A stretch of DNA of 64,000 nt, from the NCBI GenBank assembly GCA_963820245.1, contig CAWFZC010000021.1, positions 135,903 through 199,902 on the forward strand, in the 5' to 3' direction. The stretch is from an uncultured Acidobacteriaceae bacterium (lineage in GTDB: Bacteria; Acidobacteriota; Terriglobia; Terriglobales; Acidobacteriaceae). A program made the position numbers and the translations under genes. Below are positions 23,427 through 31,976 of the stretch, in pieces (positions within the stretch are counted from its first letter, which is position 1; each line of letters opens with the position of its first letter). The notes beneath the pieces were generated by a model. That model made no database searches. It was not told where the DNA came from and saw nothing but the letters and a program-made list of their open reading frames with translations.

Positions 23427-23518
23427 CGGAAGCCCCGGAATTAAAGCACGAGCCAGCCGGGCCATGTAGGAACGATAGCGCGCCAAACGGGGAATAGGTA
23501 TCATGTCCCCCTATTTCC
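23427..23518 (-). pseudogene. 5' remnant of a RAYT transposase gene plus its upstream site
   Basis: 79/92 nt identical (hand alignment, no gaps) to 27347-27438; encodes MARLARALIPGLP versus MARLARVVIPGLP in the intact gene. Confidence 0.9.
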
Positions 23519-23572
23519 CTATTTCCCCTATTTCCACTATTTCCCCTATTTTCCCTATTTCCCTGTATTTCC
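23493..23572 (+). repeat. 17-bp site AATAGGTATCATGTCCC followed by 7 tandem TATTTCC-type units
   Basis: Site at 23493-23509; units start at 23512, 23520, 23529, 23538, 23547, 23556 and 23566. Confidence 0.92.
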
Positions 23573-23767
23573 CTGCGGATCGTCCAACTTCGCGTATGGA
23601 TCCGGCTCTTCTTTGGCCGACCAATCGGGCGACATGAACCGGCCCATCGTAGATGCATAGTACCTGGCCCCGAAGTAGTCGTTGCCAGATTCGGTATCCC
23701 GTTTTTTGCCGGTGAAGTAGTGCTCGACCCTCGGCATTGTAGCCGGACTATTTGCGAACGGCGTCAT
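23555..23767 (-). pseudogene. Truncated Rhs repeat-associated core fragment
   Basis: HYFTGKKRDTESGNDYFGARYYASTMGRFMSPDW...DDPQ, then it runs into the micro-repeats. 23573-23713 is a near copy of 24905-25045. Confidence 0.9.
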
Positions 23768-24318
23768 GATTTGGGCCGTGGCGTCGTAGTTGAAGGCCCG
23801 ATTGAGCGATCATTCTCCCTCAACTTCAAGGCCCTAAAAAATGTCCCCTCATACTGGATCAATATCTCACCCGGCGTCTTTATATAAAAATGCTCGCCAG
23901 GAAGGGTACCGGTGCCGTTGCAATCCCCTGCTTCGCCAGCATCGAGTAGGATCTCCTCCACAGCTTCTGTGACGATGTGAACTTCCTTGAAATGGACATA
24001 AACCCCACTGAAGAACTCGACTTCTGTCACATGTTTGCGCTCCAGGGCATTGATGGAAACTGAAGAACCGCAAGATGCGAGCGAAGTGCGTGTAAACGTC
24101 AGATGCGAGCCGAGGAGTCTTTTTTCATCAGCCTTGCCAAGGCCTGTAACATTCCTCGTCGGATACACGCTTTTTATTACCCAGGATCCATATATGAAGG
24201 ACGGAAGGCTCTGGCGCGCATCTTCGCAGCGTCCTTGGTGTGGACTCGCAAGAACCGTAGCCAGGATTATGACGAGGATTGTCCAATGGCGAATCGTCGA
24301 CGTGTTAATGCGCTGCAT
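23764..24318 (-). CDS. Secreted hypothetical protein, putative immunity protein of the Rhs lysozyme toxin
   Basis: Signal peptide; start overlaps the toxin 3' end and its stop overlaps the next Rhs ATG (ATGA). Confidence 0.7.
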   Translation of the reverse strand: MQRINTSTIRHWTILVIILATVLASPHQGRCEDARQSLPSFIYGSWVIKSVYPTRNVTGLGKADEKRLLGSHLTFTRTSLASCGSSVSINALERKHVTEVEFFSGVYVHFKEVHIVTEAVEEILLDAGEAGDCNGTGTLPGEHFYIKTPGEILIQYEGTFFRALKLRENDRSIGPSTTTPRPKS

Positions 24319-25099
24319 TGTAGACTCCCTCATCAAAGATTTGAAACTCGCGCCCTCTCCGAATCGTTAGTCCACGGCTGACGTCGCCATCAACGTGGTT
24401 GTAGATCGTGAAGTCGCCCAGAGTAACATCTCGACCAGACATCAGGTGCCGCTCAGGAATAGTGCTGGCGTTCGGCCCCGTGTTGAAGTGGAGGCTAGCG
24501 AGGGCATCTACCTCTTGCTGGCTTATCCTGATGGGCACCCACTTTTTGACTGCATTTATCTGAGCTTGCGCATCTTTCTTGAATAGGTCGACTACTTGAT
24601 CATGGGTCAGCCCGTTACTGAAATCCTCCTTTGGCCCAATCTTGTGCCCGTAACCAATTGTGTCTTTTCCATATCCATCGTCGTATTTGTAATACAGGCC
24701 GTCCTTCTTGTTGAATCCCTTGTTCTTAGGGTTCTCGAAACCTCTACCGATGAAGTCAGCACCTTCGTCGCTCAGCTTCTCATGGACGCTTGTAAATTGG
24801 GACACGTCAAGATGAGGCAGAAGACTCGCGGATAAGAAGCCGTGCCCATCCGCGTCAAACCGCGTCATAGGGTTATTGCCCACATAGGCATAAAGGTTCA
24901 AGGTCTGGGGATCACCCAGCTTCGCGTACGGTACTGGCTCTTCTTTCGCGCTCCAATCGGGCGACATAAACCGGCCCATCGTAGATGCATAGTAACTGGC
25001 CCCGAAGCAGTCGTTTCCGGATTCTGTATCGCGTTCTTTGCCGGTAGAACCACAAGGCAAGAAGCACGTTTCAAATGTACATGCAGCGGTGGGCGTCAT
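24305..25099 (-). CDS. Orphan Rhs core with C-terminal GH24 (phage-type) lysozyme toxin
   Basis: TGKERDTESGND...GRFMSPD...NLYAYVGNNPMTRFDADG core end, then FE...YDD...TIGYGH, QQEVDALASLHFNTG and GLTIRRGRE lysozyme motifs. Confidence 0.88.
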   Translation of the reverse strand: MTPTAACTFETCFLPCGSTGKERDTESGNDCFGASYYASTMGRFMSPDWSAKEEPVPYAKLGDPQTLNLYAYVGNNPMTRFDADGHGFLSASLLPHLDVSQFTSVHEKLSDEGADFIGRGFENPKNKGFNKKDGLYYKYDDGYGKDTIGYGHKIGPKEDFSNGLTHDQVVDLFKKDAQAQINAVKKWVPIRISQQEVDALASLHFNTGPNASTIPERHLMSGRDVTLGDFTIYNHVDGDVSRGLTIRRGREFQIFDEGVYNAAH

Positions 25100-25125
25100 A
25101 ACAATATTTCGCTATCGTCGCAAAC

Positions 25126-25893
25126 TCACTGCGGCATCAGCGGGTCGACGTGACTCGATTCGTGAAGCAGCGTGTTCTCTGGCTGCAACTGACTTTCTCC
25201 GTTGAAGCCGATATTGGAAATCGGGTCACGATCTACGCTCACAATTTTCGTGCCGCGGAAAACAAAGGACCACTTGTTGGTTCTACTGACAGGAAATGAA
25301 GACCAAGAGTAAAACGTAACCTGAACGTTTCCATCGACAGTTCTCACGGTTGGAGCGGAGGCTAACCCTTTCATTTGTTCCCGCGCCTCATCGGAAATAT
25401 GCGGAGTATCGCCGTAAATCTGTAAAGTCTCAGAACATCGTGCGAAGAGCAAAGCCATCGAACGTGCCTCGTCCTCAGTCAAGGGGCTCCTGTTTCCAGA
25501 ACTGAGCAGCTCGTTAATGACAGGGATCGATGACTGAATAGATCCCAACGAACACACATAAAGCTTCCGTCTATAGAAAAAAGATCCATAGGTTGGTTGA
25601 TCTGCTTCTACGTGATGCCATCCTTTTCCCTTTGGTGGGTTGCGGTATGAAAACCACATAACGATCCCATCTGCGTCTCGAAACTCAAACGGGATCATCT
25701 GTGTGAAGAATTCGATCTGCCGAGATTCGTAATACTTGCCTGTCATCCCGATCGGCAATATCGCTTCTAGATGCTTCGGAATGTGCTTAACGTCAGCGGA
25801 ATTGTTTCGCAATACTGTCAAGTCGACCGTGTCAGTTTGCGCGACACCGGCACCGGCCGTTAACCCGAGGAAGAGAAAGATGGCAATCTTCAC
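25126..25893 (-). CDS. Secreted hypothetical protein (possible orphan immunity protein)
   Basis: 255 aa, signal peptide MKIAIFLFLGLTAGAGVAQ, AT-richer codons, lies inside the Rhs block. Confidence 0.7.
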   Translation of the reverse strand: MKIAIFLFLGLTAGAGVAQTDTVDLTVLRNNSADVKHIPKHLEAILPIGMTGKYYESRQIEFFTQMIPFEFRDADGIVMWFSYRNPPKGKGWHHVEADQPTYGSFFYRRKLYVCSLGSIQSSIPVINELLSSGNRSPLTEDEARSMALLFARCSETLQIYGDTPHISDEAREQMKGLASAPTVRTVDGNVQVTFYSWSSFPVSRTNKWSFVFRGTKIVSVDRDPISNIGFNGESQLQPENTLLHESSHVDPLMPQ

Positions 25894-25977
25894 TTAACAC
25901 CCCCGTGATCAGAATTTAGTGGGACCGGGGCCACCCATCAACACCTGCTGCCGCAAACCGGGATCGCCGCTTCAAGC

Positions 25978-26367
25978 CTACGCGTCGTCCCCGAATCGAT
26001 TTCGGAAGAACACCAGAACCGGAACTTCCAAGATCATGACCATGAACCATATCAGCTTCCACTCTCCGATATGGGTAAGAACGATTCCAAACGCCGTGAG
26101 ATGCACCGCCAGTAGAAGCACGGTTAGCACCCAGAACCGCCACTTTCGGAAAAACTCGCGGCTGTCGTTGATAAAGAGACCGAACAGAACCACGGTGGCG
26201 AGCGCCAATCCGCCCCATCGGATGTACACGTCATGGGTCACGGAGAGCCCAAAGAAGATGATCAATGCTCCCAAGGCCACGATCACCGGCACAATAACCA
26301 GTATGTCGCGGGCTCTAAGCGCGTTAGGGTCAAACTCTCGTCGATGGCTCATCTTTGATGTACCCAT
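25978..26367 (-). CDS. Small ~4-TM membrane protein, putative immunity protein
   Basis: Four hydrophobic segments; ATG 26367 overlaps the preceding stop (TAATG). Confidence 0.75.
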   Translation of the reverse strand: MGTSKMSHRREFDPNALRARDILVIVPVIVALGALIIFFGLSVTHDVYIRWGGLALATVVLFGLFINDSREFFRKWRFWVLTVLLLAVHLTAFGIVLTHIGEWKLIWFMVMILEVPVLVFFRNRFGDDA

Positions 26368-26638
26368 TACCAACCGCATTGTTGCCATTCCTTGACGTAG
26401 GCATCGAATATTCCGTAGTAGAGGAGTCCGATCGGAATCGCGTCTGAGGCTTTTGCGAGCAGGCTAGCTTGGCTCACAATTCCTCGAAATACGCTGGACT
26501 TCGCAGCATATGGCAACCCCTTGCTTGCGGCATAGCTATACGCCGCAAGCATCCTTTGATTGCTCAGAGAATTGAGCGCGCCGCCTGCAAGATCCCCCAC
26601 ATCTGAAGGTCCTGGTGCATCCGTAGGAAGAGGACTTA
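26367..26638 (-). pseudogene. C-terminal fragment of a putative polymorphic toxin (5' truncated)
   Basis: Ala/Gly-rich amphipathic sequence ending IPIGLLYYGIFDAYVKEWQQCGW*; begins abruptly at the micro-repeats and is coupled to a membrane protein gene. Confidence 0.55.
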
Positions 26639-26696
26639 GGGGGACAGAGGGGGACAGGGGGGGACAAGGGGGGACAGGGGGGACATGATACCTATT
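26639..26696 (-). repeat. 17-bp site (inverted) followed by tandem TGTCCCCC units
   Basis: GGGACATGATACCTATT at 26680-26696; GGGGGACA at 26639, 26649, 26659, 26669 and 26678. Confidence 0.92.
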
Positions 26697-27385
26697 CACA
26701 ACAATTCCAGCTGTTCGGGGCATTCGGCTTTGGTCGCCGTTTTGCGGCCTGGAGCGCGGCGCGCGATCTTGCGGCCCAACAGGCTTTCAAGTCCAGTGAC
26801 AAACTCGGGCGCTCCCAGTGGGCGGCCCGTCGTCTCGGCGCGGCGCAGGTCGTTGAAGTCGTCCTCCCTTTCCACGTTGAGCAGCTCTTTCAGGTGTGGA
26901 ATCCTGTCAAGCACAGGCCGCACTTTAACGAGCCCATCGTCGAGCCCTGAAAGGTGGGCTCGCACGCTGGACCACTTCCATTCCTCGGGCCTGGCCACCA
27001 GCCTGGCGCGCACCGGATTCAGGCTGACATAGCGAACGGCGCGGATCAGGTGATCGCCGTCCAGCACAACAGAGGCGAATCGGCTCTGGAACAGATGGCC
27101 AGTCCAGCGTCCGCGGGCGTTGATGAAGTTGGTGTAGCGGCGGTGGGCTTCGCCGACGGCCCGGCCAAGGTCGTCGCTGCGCGTGGGCCGCAGAATCATG
27201 TGCACATGGTTGGACATCAAGCAGTAGGCCCAGACATCAACTTCCGCCTTGCGAGTTTGTTCGGCCAGCAGGTCCAGATAGACTTCATGGTCGCCGTCCT
27301 TAAAGAAGATCGCCTCGCGCCGGTTGCCACGCTGGGTCACATGATGCGGAAGCCCCGGAATCACAACACGAGCCAGCCGAGCCAT
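26696..27385 (-). CDS. REP-associated tyrosine transposase (RAYT; HUH Y1_Tnp family)
   Basis: MARLARVVIPGLPHHVTQRGNRR, HUH motif YCLMSNHVH, GHLFQSRF, catalytic-Tyr region RYVSLNPVRA, WKWSS. Confidence 0.92.
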   Translation of the reverse strand: MARLARVVIPGLPHHVTQRGNRREAIFFKDGDHEVYLDLLAEQTRKAEVDVWAYCLMSNHVHMILRPTRSDDLGRAVGEAHRRYTNFINARGRWTGHLFQSRFASVVLDGDHLIRAVRYVSLNPVRARLVARPEEWKWSSVRAHLSGLDDGLVKVRPVLDRIPHLKELLNVEREDDFNDLRRAETTGRPLGAPEFVTGLESLLGRKIARRAPGRKTATKAECPEQLELL

Positions 27386-27409
27386 GCAGGAACGATAGCA
27401 CTCCGGATG

Positions 27410-27438
27410 GGAAATAGGTATCATGTCCCGCTGTTTCC
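27410..27438 (+). repeat. Third 17-bp site upstream of the RAYT, within an imperfect hairpin
   Basis: GGAAATAG-GTATCATGTCCCG-CTGTTTCC; core site at 27413-27429. Confidence 0.9.
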
Positions 27439-27442
27439 AAAG

Positions 27443-27534
27443 CAGGGATTAGAGATTATGGATTAGAAAAGCGCGTGTAGAGGTTCGATCGTTCCCATTC
27501 ATCCCGGCGCAGTTTGCCGGGGTGAATGGGCCAC
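27443..27534. repeat. Composite heptamer plus REP family B copy (diverged)
   Basis: CAGGGAT TAGAGAT TATGGAT TAG, then TTCCCATTCATCCCGGC...GCCGGGGTGAATGGG. Confidence 0.8.
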
Positions 27535-27787
27535 ACGGCAGCGGACTGCGCAGCTTTGCACCAAGGCGTAGAGGATTTCCAAGGTTTCGGTCGGAAGTCG
27601 CCAAACCGCCAGTCCTGCGTTGGCAAACAGCTAAACGTAGAAGCCTCGAATTTGAGGCGCCGGTATTCGTTCATCACGAGCAAGATATGCCTCAGAACCG
27701 GTGCAAAAGGCCGTTTTTTATGATTAGAGAATCCCCATTTTGGAATCAATTTTAATCATTTTGCAATATCAGGAATTCCGGACTCCC

Positions 27788-27844
27788 TTATCCACAAAAA
27801 CCCCCTCCGGTGACGTTGACCCTGCCCTAAGCTCTCCTTAGAGT
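27788..27844 (+). promoter_or_regulatory. Putative smc promoter with an upstream DnaA-box match
   Basis: TTATCCACA at 27788-27796; TTGACC-N17-TAGAGT at 27816-27844. Confidence 0.5.
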
Positions 27845-27944
27845 CAAGATGCGGGTGGCAAGTTTGGTGCTTTGCTCGTGTGGTGTTTCTGAAGTTCGTT
27901 GAATGATTCGTCGAATAAAAGTGGCTCGACGAGAGAGTTCAGCA

Positions 27945-28000
27945 GGGGCTAAAGCCCCGCTGAATTTGCTGGTTTTTGATGTACGGGCTAAAGCCCGTAC
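27945..28000. repeat. REP-like doublet (GGGCT-AA-AGCCC)
   Basis: GGGGCTAAAGCCCC at 27945-27958 and GTACGGGCTAAAGCCCGTAC at 27981-28000. Confidence 0.75.
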
Positions 28001-28115
28001 CCTTCAAGACATGCTTGGTGAAGCGCATTTCAAAAAGTTCCCAGGCATTGAGCAACACCCTACGCGCAGGACTTGCAGGCGAGCACGCACGCGGCCCATT
28101 CAACACGGAGTAAGA

Positions 28116-31100
28116 ATGCTGAAACTAAAGAAGATCCACGTCCTGGGATTCAAGAGCTTTTGCGACCGCACGGAGTTGAACGTGAGCGGTACGGGTATTG
28201 CCGTGGTGGTGGGCCCGAATGGATGCGGCAAGATCGAACATCCTGGACGGAGTGAGCTGGGTGCTTGGCGAGCAGAGCGCCAAGTCGCTGCGCGGCACGC
28301 ACATGCAGGACGTGATCTTTGCGGGAACACGCGAGCGCAAGGCGCTGGGCATGGCCGAAGTGACGATCACGATGATCGATCCCGACGCCTACGAAGGGCC
28401 AGTGGCCGTGGAGCCTGAGGTCGTTGTGGAGCACGACGGGCCCATGGATTGGGACGAGGCGGAACTGAGGCGCGGCAAAGCGGCCGAGGCCGAAGAGATC
28501 ATCAATGCAGAGCAGCCGGGGCAGGTGATCGAAGACGATGAGCAGGATGAGACGCGCACGACGGGCGAGGGTCCGCAGGCCGTGGTGCTGAAGATTCGCC
28601 GTCGCCGTTTTCAGCGCACTCCGCAAAAGGGCGAAGTGGTGATCACGCGGCGCCTGTTCCGCACGGGCGAAAGCGAATACCTGCTGAACGGGAAGCTGTG
28701 CCGGCTGCGCGACATTCAGGATATTTTTATGGGTACGGGCCTGGGGCCGGAGAGCTACGCGATCATCGGCCAGGAGCGCATTGGGCAACTGCTGAGTTCG
28801 AAGCCGCACGACCGCCGCGCCATTATTGAAGAAGCAGCCGGGATTACGCGCTTCAAGACGAAGAAGCGCCTGGCGGAGTTGCGGCTTGAAAGCGCGAAGC
28901 AGAACCTGGCGCGCGTGGACGACATTTTTGAAGAAGTGACGCGGCAGATGAATTCGCTGAAGCGGCAGGCGGCCAAGGCCGAACGGTTTGCCGCAGTGCG
29001 CGATGAGTTGCGCGGAAAGCTGCGCGTGGTGCTGGCAAGCCGCATGGCGCTGATGGATGCGGACCAGTCGCGGCTGAACGAGGAGATCACTTCACTCACC
29101 GAGCGCATCAACACATCGGCGGTGGAGATTGGCACACTCGAAGCGAGCCAGCACTCGCTGACCGAGCGCGGGTATGAGCTGGATCGCGAAGGCCACGATG
29201 CGCAAAACCGCGCTAATGACGCCGCGCTTGAACTGGAGCGGGCGATCGCGCGCGAGCACAGCAACACGGAGCGCGTAGGCGAACTGGAAGCGCGCATTGC
29301 GGCCTCAGGCGCGGAGCTGGAGCAGACGCGCACGCAGCTGACCGGGATTGAAGAAGAACGAAAGCAGCAACGCAGCTTTCTTGAGTCGGCTGCGGGCGAG
29401 GCCAGCGAGTTTCGCCACAAGGTGGAGGCGCGCCAGCAGGAAGCGCGCACCGCCGCTGAAGAGGTGTTCAACGCCGAGCGGCAATTGGAGCAAGGCCGGC
29501 GGCATACCATGCAGTTGCTCACGCTGGCCGGCAACGCGCGCAACTTTACGGCACAGGGCGAGGAGAGCCTTGCCGCTCTGGAACGCGAGGCGGAGCGGCT
29601 GCAATCGGAAATTGCCCAGGCTCGCAACGAGCAGGAAAATCTGGGCGTGGAGAGTGGGCAGGCCCGGTTGCGTTTTGAGTCCGCGGGCGATGAGCTCAAG
29701 CGTTTGGAAGGCGAAATTACTGCTCTGCGCGAGACGCTGCAAACCAAGCGCGCTGACGAGAGCGCGAAACGCGCGCAGGCCAACCAATTGCGCGGCGCGC
29801 AGGCTGCGACCGCGGGCCGCAGGGATTCGCTTGAAGCGCTGATCAAGAATCACAGCTACTCGACTGACACCGTGCGCCGGTTGCTGAAGCCGGGTGCCCT
29901 CGGCCAGAACACCGCACCCGTGGGAACGCTCGCTGATTTTCTTGAAGTGAGCGGCGCGTACGAAGGCGTGGTGGACGAATTTCTCCGCGAAGAACTGAAC
30001 TATGTGGTTGTGGAGAATTGGGGCGACGCCGAAGAGGGCGTTCGTCTGCTCAAGACCGGAGACGGCCGCGCGACATTTCTAATTCACTCTGACGCGCAGG
30101 GAGCGCTTTTTGAATCGGCGCCCGACGTCGTCAACGAGCCCGGACTGATGCCGCTGCGCGATGCGATCAAGGTGCTGAATGGACTTGGACGCACGCTTGA
30201 AACAATTCTGCCGAAGCTGCGCCACAGTTATCTGACGGAAAATCCCGACGACGCGCAACGGCTTGCCTCGCGCTATCCCTATGCGTACTTTCTTACGCCG
30301 GGCGGGGAGTGCTTCCACAATGCGACGGTGACCGGCGGCAAGCCGGCGAGCCAGGGTCCGCTGGTGCTGAAGCGCGATTTGCGCGAGGCCGAAAACAAGC
30401 TGGCGACCCTTGACGCAAACCTGGCGCAGGCGGAGATGGAAGCCGCCATTTTGGCGCGCACCATCGACGAGCTCACACAGCAACTGGAAGCGCAGAGCGA
30501 GCAGCGCCGCCTGGCGGAGACCGACACAGCCAACCTGGGCGCGACGCTGAAGCAGATGGAAGGCGAAGGCCAGCGCATCGAGCGGCGGCTGCAGGACTGG
30601 AACATTCAGGCTGCGCGCAACAAGGATGCATGCGAGGCCAAGCGCGAGACCATCAGCCAGAAGCGGGAAGAGATGGCGCGGCTTGAGGCCGAACACGCGC
30701 ATGCTGAGGCGGGGCTGGATACGCTGCAGAGCCAGTTGGCACAGCTCCGGCAAAAGCGGGAGTTGAGCCAGCAGGAGGCTGCGCAAGTCACGGCGGAGCT
30801 GGCAGGCCTTGAAGAGCGACGGCGCGGGGCGGAAGCCGCCTTCCAGCGCATTGACCGGCTGCATGCCGACCTGGAGCGGCGCGTCCTGGCCATTGAACAG
30901 CAGACTGCCGCTGCAGTAGCAGAAAAGGAGCAGCGGATTGCCGAGAGCGCGCGACTGGCCGAGCAGCAGAAAGAGCTGACCGCCGCACGCGCTGAGGCAC
31001 AGGCCCTGACGCAGACCATTGCTGCGCAATCGCAGGCACTGCGCCAGCAGTTGGCAGAGATGGAGACGCAGCTCAAGACAGGCCGCATCGCGCTCGATGA

Positions 31101-31920
31101 GTTGCGCGAGAATCGCGCCGGACGTTCGAGCGAACTCGCCAAGCTGCACTCCGATCTTGAGTATCTGGAGTCAAGCTGCCTGGCGGAGGTCAACGTGGAA
31201 GCGCAGGTGCTGCGCGACGACGCTGAAATTGTGCGACTGCTCAACGACGAATTGCTCGCCGAGGAAGAAGTTTGCCGCACGCTCAAGCAGCGCATCGAGC
31301 AGATAGGCCCGGTGAACATGATGGCGCTGGACGAGTACAAGGAGACCGCTGAGCGTCACGGATTCCTCGAGACGCAGCGCACCGACCTGATGGAGTCGAT
31401 CGAGAACACGCAGGCGACGATCAAGGAAATCGATCAGATTTCGCGCACCAAGTTTGACGAGGCTTTCGCAAGGATCAACGAAAACTTCGGCGTGGTGTTC
31501 TCCAGGTTGTTCCAGGGCGGGCAGGCTTTCCTGCGGCTCACCGACCAGGACAACTCGGCCGAAAGCGGACTGGAGATTGTGGCTTCGCCTCCGGGCAAGA
31601 AACTGCAAAACGTGCTGCTGCTCTCAGGCGGCGAGAAGTCACTGACCGCGCTGGCGCTGCTGGTGGGCATCTTCCAGTTCCAGCCGAGCCCGTTCTGCGC
31701 GCTGGATGAAGTGGATGCGGCGCTGGACGAAACCAACGTCGGCCGCCTCGCCGACCTGCTGCACTCGCTGAGCAAGGAGACGCAGTTCCTGCTGGTGACG
31801 CACTCGAAGCGGATGATGCAGGCCGCCGACATGATTTACGGCGTCACAATGCAGGAGCCGGGCGTGTCGAAGGTGATCAGCGTGCATCTTGCCAAGGAGA
31901 AGCAGCGCGCGACGGCGTAG
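28116..31920 (+). CDS. smc: Chromosome segregation protein SMC (+1 frameshift at ~28233 as sequenced)
   Basis: MLKLKKIHVLGFKSF...GPNGCGK in one frame and SNILDGVSWVLGEQSAKSLRG in the next; coiled coils, hinge, LSGGEKS, LDEVDAALD. Confidence 0.95.
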
Positions 31921-31976
31921 GCTGCCGCCGCGCACGCCAAGCGCTGAAGGAACCAGCAGCGGTCTATCTGGTCGAT

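Noticed and set aside
23134-23658. 174-aa ORF with GNRENRGNSGNRGNRE repeats
   Set aside because: It is a translation of the TATTTCC micro-repeats, the RAYT remnant and a REP, not a credible gene.
23760-25099. Shared ATGACGCC start of both orphan Rhs modules as a recombination site
   Set aside because: Only 8 bp match and the sequences diverge immediately; it may be chance or a core remnant.
26696-27385. Ordinary IS200/IS605 TnpA element
   Set aside because: The protein is longer (229 aa), has RAYT-type motifs (HVTQRGN, NPVRA, WSS), lacks tnpB and is flanked by inverted identical sites. An IS-like lifestyle cannot be fully excluded.
23493-27438. CRISPR array or integron attC array
   Set aside because: The repeats are 8-10-nt stutters or three 17-mers kilobases apart. 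There are no regular spacers, cas genes, integrase or attC R/L boxes.
27903-28418. Separate 171-aa gene upstream of smc, or a programmed frameshift
   Set aside because: It is the true SMC N-terminus plus REP-derived upstream sequence, and there is no slippery site at the break.
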